DNA of 64,000 nt from an uncultured Bacilli bacterium (GTDB taxonomy: Bacteria; Bacillota_I; Bacilli_A; RF39; UBA660). Position numbers and translations under genes: made by a program. The stretch's first letter is position 1. Each line of letters starts with the position of its first letter. Location: NCBI GenBank assembly GCA_944332435.1, contig CALVJW010000003.1, forward strand, positions 1,022 to 65,021, given 5' to 3'. Of this stretch, positions 28,700 through 37,153 are shown in pieces. The notes beneath the pieces are model-generated. The model searched no databases, was not told the origin of the DNA, and saw only the letters and a list, made by a program, of their open reading frames with translations.

Positions 28700-28772
28700 G
28701 TGATTTTATGATACAATTTAATAACAACAAAGAAGTGCATAAGGTAAGGAAAATAAAGTAATTCGTTATAAT

Positions 28773-28801
28773 TTGACAAGATGTGATGTTTGTGCTAAGA
28801 T
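28773..28801 (+). promoter_or_regulatory. sigma-A type promoter of the 28835-31970 operon
   Basis: TTGACA (28773-28778), 17-nt spacer with TGc, then TAAGAT (28796-28801). Confidence 0.5.
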
Positions 28802-28834
28802 ATGCAACATCAAATTGGAAAGAGGGGGAATTTT

Positions 28835-30211
28835 ATGTATAATGAACGTAGAGAAAATTTTTCAATCAAAGATATCGTATTACAAATCTTATTTGTAATT
28901 GTGTTTATCTTTATTTTGATGTGGTTATTTCCATCAAAAAGCTTTGTAAAGGAATCATTGCAACCTTTGTATGATCGAATTTTTAACGAGAATATTCTTA
29001 TGATGAAGGATGCAGCAAAAAGTTATTATACTGATCCAAGATTACCACAAAAAGTTGGAGATAAAGTATCAATGACTTTAGGTGAAATGTTAGATAAGAA
29101 AATTATCTTACCATTTACAGATAGTAAAGGTAGAGCTTGTGATAATGTTGGTTCTTACGTAGAAATTACGAAAATGGACGAAGAGTATATCATGAAAGTT
29201 AATTTAAAATGTACAGAACAAGAAAATTACTTATTAGTATACATGGGATGCTATACTTACTGTACAACAACAATTTGTGAGAAAAATGAAAAGGATGTTG
29301 CAACTCCAACTATTTTCCCAACAAATCCAGGAAGACCAGGAAATACACCAAAACCTGATAAGACTCCAACTCCAACTTCAAAACCAACGCCAACGCCAAC
29401 ACCAACTTCAAAACCAACGCCAACACCGACTCCAACGCCACCAGGTAAAGAATATATTTGTCAATATATTAAGACAGTAGATGCTTCTTATACGCAATGG
29501 GGTAATTGGTCAAGTTGGTCAACAACAGAAAGATTTGAAAATGATTTAACACAGGTAGAATCTAAAACAGAAATTACATATACAACTGAGACAAAACAAA
29601 TTGGTGAAAGAATTAAAACGAGAACAATTACATATAAAGATAAGAATAAACCAATTTATGGATGGAAAGAAGTAAAAGTTCAAATTGGTTCTGAAAATAA
29701 AAAAGTATGTACAGCAACAACGAAAAAAGAAGTAGGAACAGGAGAATACGCTTACACAGAATGGAAAGATACTGGAGTACAAAAACAATTTACGAGTGAA
29801 CCACCAGTAAGTGCTACAGAAAGATGGTACTTTGTACGTACGATTAATCAAGATTGTAATTGTGCATTTGGAAAAGTAAGAATTTACGCACAACAAACAA
29901 GAAAAAAATATGAAATTACGAAAACACAAGAAGTTTGTACGAAATGGGAAGTAAAAAGTGTTCCAATTTATACAACTCAAAAAGTAAAAGTTATTGTAGA
30001 TTATGGAACATCACAACGTGTGGAAACATATAAAGAACCAATTTATGGTGAAGTAAAAGTTCCACATAGTACAACATATTATCGTTATCGTACACGTGAT
30101 ATTATTGACGGATATCGTGATGAAGTATGGATTGATTGTGATGACAAAGATGCAGCTAATAAATTGAAGAAAAAAGGCTATAAATTTACAGGAGTTAGAA
30201 AAGAAAAATAG
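28835..30211 (+). CDS. membrane-anchored hypothetical protein with a Pro/Thr-rich linker
   Basis: N-terminal TM segment (IVLQILFVIVFIFILMWLF), a Cys-containing globular region, the linker TPKPDKTPTPTSKPTPTPTPTSKPTPTPTPTPP, then a K/T/E-rich beta-like domain starting with WGNWSSWS. RBS agaggggg lies before the ATG at 28835. Confidence 0.6.
   Translation: MYNERRENFSIKDIVLQILFVIVFIFILMWLFPSKSFVKESLQPLYDRIFNENILMMKDAAKSYYTDPRLPQKVGDKVSMTLGEMLDKKIILPFTDSKGRACDNVGSYVEITKMDEEYIMKVNLKCTEQENYLLVYMGCYTYCTTTICEKNEKDVATPTIFPTNPGRPGNTPKPDKTPTPTSKPTPTPTPTSKPTPTPTPTPPGKEYICQYIKTVDASYTQWGNWSSWSTTERFENDLTQVESKTEITYTTETKQIGERIKTRTITYKDKNKPIYGWKEVKVQIGSENKKVCTATTKKEVGTGEYAYTEWKDTGVQKQFTSEPPVSATERWYFVRTINQDCNCAFGKVRIYAQQTRKKYEITKTQEVCTKWEVKSVPIYTTQKVKVIVDYGTSQRVETYKEPIYGEVKVPHSTTYYRYRTRDIIDGYRDEVWIDCDDKDAANKLKKKGYKFTGVRKEK
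29364..29441 (+). repeat. in-frame 30-nt tandem repeat encoding the PT linker
   Basis: ccaacttcaaaaccaacgccaac occurs at 29372 and 29402. Confidence 0.8.
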
Positions 30212-30227
30212 AAAGGAGTAATGTGGT

Positions 30228-31970
30228 ATGAAAAATTTAGATTACTATTTATCAAAAATAGATTCTTATATTGCAAAAGCTAAATCAACTGATAATTCTT
30301 CGAAAAGAGAAGCTTTGCTTCAATTTGCACAAGAATTGGTTGATAAATTAGGAGCACAAGCAACAAAAAATCAAATTTCTGAAGTAGAAAAACGTCAACA
30401 CCAATTAAATTCAATGTATAAGAAAGTGAAACGTTTTGCTAAAATTAGAAATTTAATTAAAAGAAACAAATTAGCTAGTGCTCTTGCTGGAACTATTGTA
30501 TTATCGACAATTGGTGGATGTGCGATATCTTTACAAAACAACAGCGCAGTTGTAGAAAATGTAAATGATATTGAAAAAGAAGCAGAGTATGATACAGAGC
30601 GATATAGTCGAAATCCATTGACTGGACAGTCATTAATTGCTGGTGGTACTGCTTTTGCTAAATCATTAGCAGAAAACGGAGCTTATGATAAAGAAGGATA
30701 TGGCCCTGAAGTATACGCATTACTTGCTGTATTGAATACGAATGGTTCAATGCCTGGTAAAGCTGATTTTGTTAAAAATATTGATTTACAAGATTATTTC
30801 GCTGAAAAAGGTGATTTAAACAAAGGGATTAATCAAATTGATGAATTAATTGAAAAAGTTGTTCGCGCAAGAGGAGACTTAGATTGGGAAAGTATTGTTC
30901 CTCATATAAAAAGTGCAAAAATGTTAGAAAAAGCAGAAAAACTTTATAACAATGCGGGAGCAAAACCATCTTCAAAACAAAAGGAAGAATGGAACAATTT
31001 CATCAATAATGAAGTAATTGCTGATTTAGAGCAATATAGCCCATTTACCATTATGGCTTTACAACATTATATTACAATGGCAACAGATGCCCATTTGATG
31101 ACGCCAGAACAACGTGACCTATTCTATAAAGATTTAGATGTTATGTGCAATTCAAATGGTCAAGCTTGCGGTATTCCGGATGAAAAAGCTGTAGGTGCAG
31201 AAGATACGATTTATTCATCTTCAAAACAAATTGCAGTTAGTTATTTAGAGTCATTATTAAGCGATGAAAAAGCACATGAACATGCAGAAGGAGAAATTTA
31301 TTATACTTTTGATGAAGTAACAAAAGGTGTAAAAGAAAATATCAAAAATTTAAAAAATGCTGATATTGATATCGAAGAAAAAGGTAAAGAAGAAGCAATC
31401 AAAAATATTGATGCTGTTACACGTGCAAAATATCCTGGTATTACAATAGATGAAAATGATCCAAAAATTAATCATAATAATGGAACATATCAAAGTGGAG
31501 AATCATTACCAGCTGGAAATCATGTTGGTGATACTGTGAATTTACCAAATACTGATGCGAATGGAAATGAAACAGATCAATCAAAAGATGATATGATTGA
31601 TTACTCAAATCAAGCAGCAGCAGACTTTAATAATGGACAATATAAAAATGAATACTTATACAATACTCAACCATCTTATAAAGCAACATGGGATGCTATG
31701 AAAAAAGCATATGATGAGTATAGTAAACCTGCTCCAGGTGATGATAATATTGTTGATGTTGAAGAGGATGAAGATGAAATTTATTATCCAGAAAAATCGA
31801 ATGTACCTGAAGTAAAACTTACTCCAGAAAATACTGTAGTTAGTGATGACATAACATCAGAAGAAGTCCTATACGATGATTGGGTATTAGGTGCTGATGG
31901 ATATTACTACCCAAGAGGACAATTTAATTCAGCATCACTAGATGAAAATACAAATTCTAAAATACGATAA
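30228..31970 (+). CDS. hypothetical bitopic membrane protein
   Basis: 580 aa with one TM segment around residues 83-103 (LASALAGTIVLSTIGGCAI). The start lies 16 nt after the upstream stop and has an RBS. No family was recognised. Confidence 0.6.
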   Translation: MKNLDYYLSKIDSYIAKAKSTDNSSKREALLQFAQELVDKLGAQATKNQISEVEKRQHQLNSMYKKVKRFAKIRNLIKRNKLASALAGTIVLSTIGGCAISLQNNSAVVENVNDIEKEAEYDTERYSRNPLTGQSLIAGGTAFAKSLAENGAYDKEGYGPEVYALLAVLNTNGSMPGKADFVKNIDLQDYFAEKGDLNKGINQIDELIEKVVRARGDLDWESIVPHIKSAKMLEKAEKLYNNAGAKPSSKQKEEWNNFINNEVIADLEQYSPFTIMALQHYITMATDAHLMTPEQRDLFYKDLDVMCNSNGQACGIPDEKAVGAEDTIYSSSKQIAVSYLESLLSDEKAHEHAEGEIYYTFDEVTKGVKENIKNLKNADIDIEEKGKEEAIKNIDAVTRAKYPGITIDENDPKINHNNGTYQSGESLPAGNHVGDTVNLPNTDANGNETDQSKDDMIDYSNQAAADFNNGQYKNEYLYNTQPSYKATWDAMKKAYDEYSKPAPGDDNIVDVEEDEDEIYYPEKSNVPEVKLTPENTVVSDDITSEEVLYDDWVLGADGYYYPRGQFNSASLDENTNSKIR

Positions 31971-31973
31971 ATG

Positions 31974-31997
31974 AAAAAGGCGAAATGCCTTTTTTTG
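31974..31997 (+). terminator. operon terminator
   Basis: aaggc-gaaat-gcctt followed by T7. Confidence 0.65.
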
Positions 31998-32071
31998 TTT
32001 GACAAAAAGGATGATAAATGATATGATTTAAGTACAATAGATGATAGCGGAATAGATAGAAGGTGAATATA

Positions 32072-32491
32072 GTGAAGGGTGCTTACGTATTTGATTATAT
32101 TAATGAAAACGAGTTTAGAAAACTAGAGCGTTCTTTAAAAAAATATAATATGTTGGCATATAAAAAATTATATTTTGAATTCTATCCTAAATTAAAAACA
32201 GGTGAATTTCTAGGAGAATTAGTATCTACAAATCAAGATACGAAAGCAATAAGTTATGAACTAAAATTACCAACTGACTCAATGTTTTCTAAAGTTCATG
32301 GAGATATTAAATTACACTATCATGTTTATGAGGAAAACAAGATTATTATGTTGGATACTATTTCACCAGAAGATATTTTAAGTGAAGGGCATCAATCAGA
32401 GCTAGTTACTTATAAAGGGGTTATGGTTTCTAAAGAGCATTCAGAAAAAGATATTTTTAAAATTAATTTATTAAATATGATTGAAAAATAA
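32072..32491 (+). CDS. hypothetical protein
   Basis: ORF with a probable GTG start behind RBS gaaggtg. No motif was recognised with confidence. Confidence 0.4.
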   Translation: MKGAYVFDYINENEFRKLERSLKKYNMLAYKKLYFEFYPKLKTGEFLGELVSTNQDTKAISYELKLPTDSMFSKVHGDIKLHYHVYEENKIIMLDTISPEDILSEGHQSELVTYKGVMVSKEHSEKDIFKINLLNMIEK

Positions 32492-32571
32492 AGAGAAATC
32501 TTTATTTTTTTAGTTTGAAATAATAGCAGAACAATTTTATTTTCCGTATATTATAATAAAGGAGGGATAAA

Positions 32572-33546
32572 GTGGAAAAAAAAGGAATTGATGTATCAGT
32601 TCATCAAGGGGATATTGATTGGAATGTTGTAAAAGATAATATTGATTTTGCTATTATTCGATGTGGATATGGGATTGATAAAGTAGACCAGGATGATAAA
32701 AAGTACTATGTAAATGCTAAACAGTGTACAAAATTAAAAATTCCGTTTGGTGTTTATTTATATAGCTATGCAAGAAGTAAAGAGGAGGCAAGGAGTGAAG
32801 CAAAGCATGTACTTCGATTGGTAAAGGAATTCAAATTAGAGTATCCGATTTATTATGATGTGGAATCTAATTTATATATTGATCAAAATAGTATGGAGAC
32901 ATTAACTAGTATGTGTGAAACGTTTTGTAATACGATAGAAGAAGCAGGATATTATGTTGGAATTTACTCCAATTTAGCCATGTTTCAAACCAAACTAAGT
33001 TCTCCAAGATTAGATAAATATGACAAATGGGTTGCTCAATGGGGACAAAATATTACTTATCAAAAGCCCTTTGGTATGTGGCAATATACGAGTGATGGTA
33101 AGATAAATGGTATTAAAGGTAGAGTAGATTTAAATATTGCTTATTATGATTATCCTAAATTAATTAGAGAAAATAAATTAAATCATTTAGACTCAAACGT
33201 AGAAATACCAATTATACCAGAAAAACCAAAATATCCGACTTATACTGTAAAAGCAGGAGATAATTTAACAAAAATAGCAAAAACTTATGGTACAACAGTA
33301 AATGTTTTAGTACAACTAAATCAAATTAAAAATCCTAATTTAATTTATCCAGGGCAAGTATTGAAGTTGCCTACGAATTCGAGTCAGGGAAATCAGCCGA
33401 CGATTTATATAGTAAAAAGTGGAGATAACTTATCAAAAATAGCAAATCAATTTAATACAACTTGGCAAGCAATTTATATAAAAAATAAATCTTTAATTGG
33501 AAGTAATCCTAATAAAATATATCCTGGAATGAAATTAGTGATTTAA
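32572..33546 (+). CDS. GH25 muramidase (lysozyme) with two C-terminal LysM domains
   Basis: [30 protein letters not shown] (GH25 N-terminus) plus two LysM repeats ([20 protein letters not shown]...[10 protein letters not shown] and [20 protein letters not shown]...IYPGMKLVI). Confidence 0.9.
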   Translation: MEKKGIDVSVHQGDIDWNVVKDNIDFAIIRCGYGIDKVDQDDKKYYVNAKQCTKLKIPFGVYLYSYARSKEEARSEAKHVLRLVKEFKLEYPIYYDVESNLYIDQNSMETLTSMCETFCNTIEEAGYYVGIYSNLAMFQTKLSSPRLDKYDKWVAQWGQNITYQKPFGMWQYTSDGKINGIKGRVDLNIAYYDYPKLIRENKLNHLDSNVEIPIIPEKPKYPTYTVKAGDNLTKIAKTYGTTVNVLVQLNQIKNPNLIYPGQVLKLPTNSSQGNQPTIYIVKSGDNLSKIANQFNTTWQAIYIKNKSLIGSNPNKIYPGMKLVI

Positions 33547-33590
33547 AACCATTTGCATAACACGAAAATAGTGTTATAATATACTTGTAT

Positions 33591-33666
33591 TGCCCCATAG
33601 CCAAGCGGTAAGGCATCGGACTCTGACTCCGACATTTCGTTAGTTCGAATCTAACTGGGGCAGCCA
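33591..33666 (+). tRNA. tRNA-Gln (anticodon CTG)
   Basis: Cloverleaf by hand: acceptor tgcccca/tggggca, anticodon stem tcgga/tccga with loop ctCTGac, T-arm gttcgaatc, 3' CCA encoded. Extended -10 gtgtTATAAT at 33571-33580. Confidence 0.85.
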
Positions 33667-33716
33667 AGTAGAGCATAAAGCAACAAGGGTTGCTTTTTTA
33701 TATAGGAGTTGAGAAT

Positions 33717-35339
33717 ATGAACAATGAAAAATTGGCTGCATTATTATTTCCTAACTTATCTATCACTAGAACAGAAATTGAAGCACGATATCCGAAAAGA
33801 AAAGAAGGAATTGTTGTGACGAGATTTGCTCCAAGTCCTACAGGATTTCTTCATATGGGAAGTTTATATGCTAGTTTTATATCTTCCATTTTTGCTCATC
33901 AAACAAATGGTATTTTTTATATTAGAATTGAAGATACAGATCAAAAAAGAAAAGTAGAAAAGGGAATTGAAAAGATCTTAGCAGATTTAAAGAAGGAAGA
34001 GATTACTATTGAAGAAGGGCCTATGATTGGTGGAAAATATGGTCCTTATATTCAGTCAGAAAGAAAAGAAATCTATCAAGCTTTTGTTTATGATTTAGTA
34101 AGAAAAGGATATGCTTATCCTAGTTTTGAAACAGAGCAAGAATTAGAACAAATTCGTATGATTCAAAAAGAAAAGAAAGAAAGAATTGGTTACTATGGAA
34201 ACTATGCTAAAGGAAGAAGTCTTTCTTTCCAAGAAATAAAAACGTTTATCAAAGAAGGTAAACCATACGTTATTCGTTTAAAGGCAATTGGAGACTTTAC
34301 GAAAAAATTTGAATTTAAGGACTGTGTCAAAGGGAAAATCATGTTACCATCAAATGATATGGATATTGTATTATTAAAGCAGGATGGGCTTCCTACATAT
34401 CATTTTGCCCATGTAGTAGATGACTATTTAATGGGAACAACCCATGTTATTCGTGGTGATGAATGGTTATCTAGTATCCCAGTACATTTACAATTATTTC
34501 GTATTTTAGAAGTAAAAGCACCCAAGTATGCTCATATATCACCACTTACGAAAAAAGATGGAGAGAGTGTTCGTAAACTATCAAAACGCTATGATAAAGA
34601 ATGTTCAATGGAATATTATCAAAAATTAGGAATTCCTCCACAAGCAATTCAATTATACCTAGCAACATTAATTAATCCTAACTTTGAAGATTATTATTTG
34701 AGTAATAAAGATGCTAGTATTTCTAACTTTCAATTTGAATATCGAAAAATGAGTACTGGTGGTACATTATTTGATTTAACAAAGTTAAATTTTATTTCTA
34801 AATTATATTTTAGTAGACTAACTGCAACAGAGTTATATCAAATGATATTACCTTATTATAAAGAATATGATCCTTCTTTTTATCAACTACTTATTCAATA
34901 TCCGAAAGAAAGTATTGCTATATTAAATGTAGAGCGAGAAATAAAAAAACCGAGAAAAGATTTCGCATCATTTTCTGATGTAAAAAAAGAAACTTGGTAT
35001 TTATATGATGAACTATATTTTAGTCTAGAATATCAGAAAGAACCAATTAAAGATACTTATGATTTAGTGCTAGTAAAACAATATTTTAGAGATGTATTTA
35101 AGGAAAACGATGATAAAGAGACATGGTATGCAACTCTAAAGGATTTTATTTATCAACATGGCTATGCGAAAACAGTAAAAGAATATATGCAAAATCCAGC
35201 ATATTATGTAGGGCATGTAGGAGATTTCTGTGAAATGATTCGTGTTGCACTATTTGGAAGATTAGAAACACCAGATATTTATGAATTATTAAAAATATTA
35301 AAAAAGGAACGTATTCAAAAACGGTTAAAACAATATTAA
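33717..35339 (+). CDS. gltX: glutamate--tRNA ligase (long form)
   Basis: Class I signature RFAPSPTGFLHMGS, RIEDTDQKR, and KLSKR (KMSKS-like). About 540 aa. Confidence 0.85.
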   Translation: MNNEKLAALLFPNLSITRTEIEARYPKRKEGIVVTRFAPSPTGFLHMGSLYASFISSIFAHQTNGIFYIRIEDTDQKRKVEKGIEKILADLKKEEITIEEGPMIGGKYGPYIQSERKEIYQAFVYDLVRKGYAYPSFETEQELEQIRMIQKEKKERIGYYGNYAKGRSLSFQEIKTFIKEGKPYVIRLKAIGDFTKKFEFKDCVKGKIMLPSNDMDIVLLKQDGLPTYHFAHVVDDYLMGTTHVIRGDEWLSSIPVHLQLFRILEVKAPKYAHISPLTKKDGESVRKLSKRYDKECSMEYYQKLGIPPQAIQLYLATLINPNFEDYYLSNKDASISNFQFEYRKMSTGGTLFDLTKLNFISKLYFSRLTATELYQMILPYYKEYDPSFYQLLIQYPKESIAILNVEREIKKPRKDFASFSDVKKETWYLYDELYFSLEYQKEPIKDTYDLVLVKQYFRDVFKENDDKETWYATLKDFIYQHGYAKTVKEYMQNPAYYVGHVGDFCEMIRVALFGRLETPDIYELLKILKKERIQKRLKQY

Positions 35340-35420
35340 CTTGTTATTAAATGAACAAGTTTTTTTTTAATGCTTGATTTCCTATGAAATATGTGGTATT
35401 CTGATAAAGGATTTAGAAAT

Positions 35421-35497
35421 GGCCCGTTGGTGAAGTGGTTTAACACGTCGCCCTCTCAAGGCGATATTCATGGGTTCGAACCCCATACGGGCTACCA
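35421..35497 (+). tRNA. tRNA-Glu (anticodon CTC)
   Basis: Acceptor ggcccgt/acgggct, anticodon stem tcgcc/ggcga with loop ctCTCaa, T-arm ggttcgaacc, CCA encoded. Confidence 0.85.
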
Positions 35498-35506
35498 TTA
35501 GAAATA

Positions 35507-35532
35507 GAAGATGAGTTCACTCATCTTTTTTT
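35507..35532 (+). terminator. terminator after tRNA-Glu
   Basis: agatgag-ttca-ctcatct followed by T7. Confidence 0.6.
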
Positions 35533-35581
35533 ACTTTTATTTGTTTTTATGATATGATATAAAAAATAGGAGGAGTAAAAA

Positions 35582-36085
35582 ATGGAACGAATTGAAATTG
35601 TTGAACATAATACACTTTTATCTAATGAGAAAGAAAATTTTAATTGTCCACATAAAGAAATAGGCGTATTTATACTGAATGACAGAAAGCAAATATTGCT
35701 TCAGAAAAGAAGTTCAAAAAAGAAAGCTTATCCTAATACATGGACAATATTAACTGGTCATGTGGAAGAAAATGAAAGTTTTCAAGAAGCAGCACAAAGA
35801 GAGGTAAGAGAAGAAGTTGGATTAATAACTCCATTAACTGATTTTCAATATTTCGCTAATAGAAAATTAATTATGAATCAAGAAAACAGTGAAGTAACAA
35901 GTTTCTTTTATATAAAATGTAATTTACCGGAAGAAAATTTCATTATTCAAAAAGAGGAATTATCTTCTGTAAAGTGGTATGATATCGATGATGTAGTAAA
36001 TATGGTAAAAGAACATGATGAAAAGTTACTTTATAAAGAAAATAAAATTCCATTATTAGAATATTTAAAAAATATAGGTAATTGA
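35582..36085 (+). CDS. NUDIX hydrolase
   Basis: Nudix box GHVEENESFQEAAQREVREEVGL (GX5EX7REUXEEXGU). Confidence 0.85.
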   Translation: MERIEIVEHNTLLSNEKENFNCPHKEIGVFILNDRKQILLQKRSSKKKAYPNTWTILTGHVEENESFQEAAQREVREEVGLITPLTDFQYFANRKLIMNQENSEVTSFFYIKCNLPEENFIIQKEELSSVKWYDIDDVVNMVKEHDEKLLYKENKIPLLEYLKNIGN

Positions 36086-36088
36086 TAT

Positions 36089-36895
36089 ATGAATTTTGAA
36101 AAAACTTATGATGCATTGAAAAAAATAGAATTACAAATAGATAATAATAATGTAAAAATACAGGATGGTATGTTTAAACAAAATGATTTAGTGCTTATTT
36201 CACATCTTCTTCCGGCATTATATTTCCGTATCGATAAAGAAGGATTATTTGAATTAATGAATCAAATCTTAATGAAACAAGGTACTCTTTCAAAAGAGAA
36301 TGATTATAATTATATGATCGAGTTATTTTATTTACTTCAAGATGAAATTAATCATTATTATGGACAAAATTCGGTTGATTCAAGAGATAGATTTTATATG
36401 TTAAATGGTGATGATTATTATTTTTTAAATGGGAAAAAGATAGAGGATGATGATATACGAGTTTGTACGCTATCACAACTAAAAGGTAAGGGAATTGCAA
36501 AATGCGCAGAAAAGGCTGCGGTAGCAAATAATGTGTTGCTATTTTTAAATCAATTGGGTTTATTCGATTATAAAGTCAATTACTTAAATTCTTTGCTTAC
36601 GTTGGAAGATGGAAGAACAGAAGGTCATGCTTTTTTAGAATTTTCAAGAAAAAATAGTCAAGGAAAAGTACATCATTTAATTTATGATGTTACAAATCCT
36701 GAAACCATTTCTTTAAGTGGTCAATTATATTCTTATCCAGCAGTTTATTCTTTAACAGATGAAGAATATATGGATTTTGTTACGAACGGAACATCGTTTG
36801 ATAATTCTAAATTTATAGCAAGACAGTTTTATGAAGTAGTAAAGAAACGAGAGTATAGGGGATTTATAAATGAACAAAGAAAAAATGTAAAATAA
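36089..36895 (+). CDS. hypothetical protein, possibly a transglutaminase-like Cys-His-Asp fold
   Basis: The spacing GIAKCAEKAAVANNVL ... TEGHAFLEF ... LIYDVTNP resembles the transglutaminase-core triad. This is a weak, motif-only call. Confidence 0.4.
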   Translation: MNFEKTYDALKKIELQIDNNNVKIQDGMFKQNDLVLISHLLPALYFRIDKEGLFELMNQILMKQGTLSKENDYNYMIELFYLLQDEINHYYGQNSVDSRDRFYMLNGDDYYFLNGKKIEDDDIRVCTLSQLKGKGIAKCAEKAAVANNVLLFLNQLGLFDYKVNYLNSLLTLEDGRTEGHAFLEFSRKNSQGKVHHLIYDVTNPETISLSGQLYSYPAVYSLTDEEYMDFVTNGTSFDNSKFIARQFYEVVKKREYRGFINEQRKNVK

Positions 36896-37153
36896 TTTTT
36901 TAAACGTGAAATAGAAAAGAAAACACACTTTTATTCATAATTGATTTTGTGATAAATATTCTTTTTATCATGTCTTTTGTATTTAGGTAATAATATTAAT
37001 TTTTCTGTCAATGTTTTTAAGGCAATTGCACTGTATTAAACTTATTTTTTTATTAAATAAAAATAGTATTGATAAAATATCTCACCAAAAATATGAGTTT
37101 TACTTTTTTTCTTTTTTATGATATAAGGAGATTATAGGATAGGAGGATAGGGT

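Noticed and set aside
29364-29441. ACn/CCA-rich tandem DNA repeat
   Set aside because: It is the in-frame coding sequence of a Pro/Thr/Lys linker (PTSKPTPTPT x2) in a membrane-anchored protein, not a regulatory or mobile repeat.
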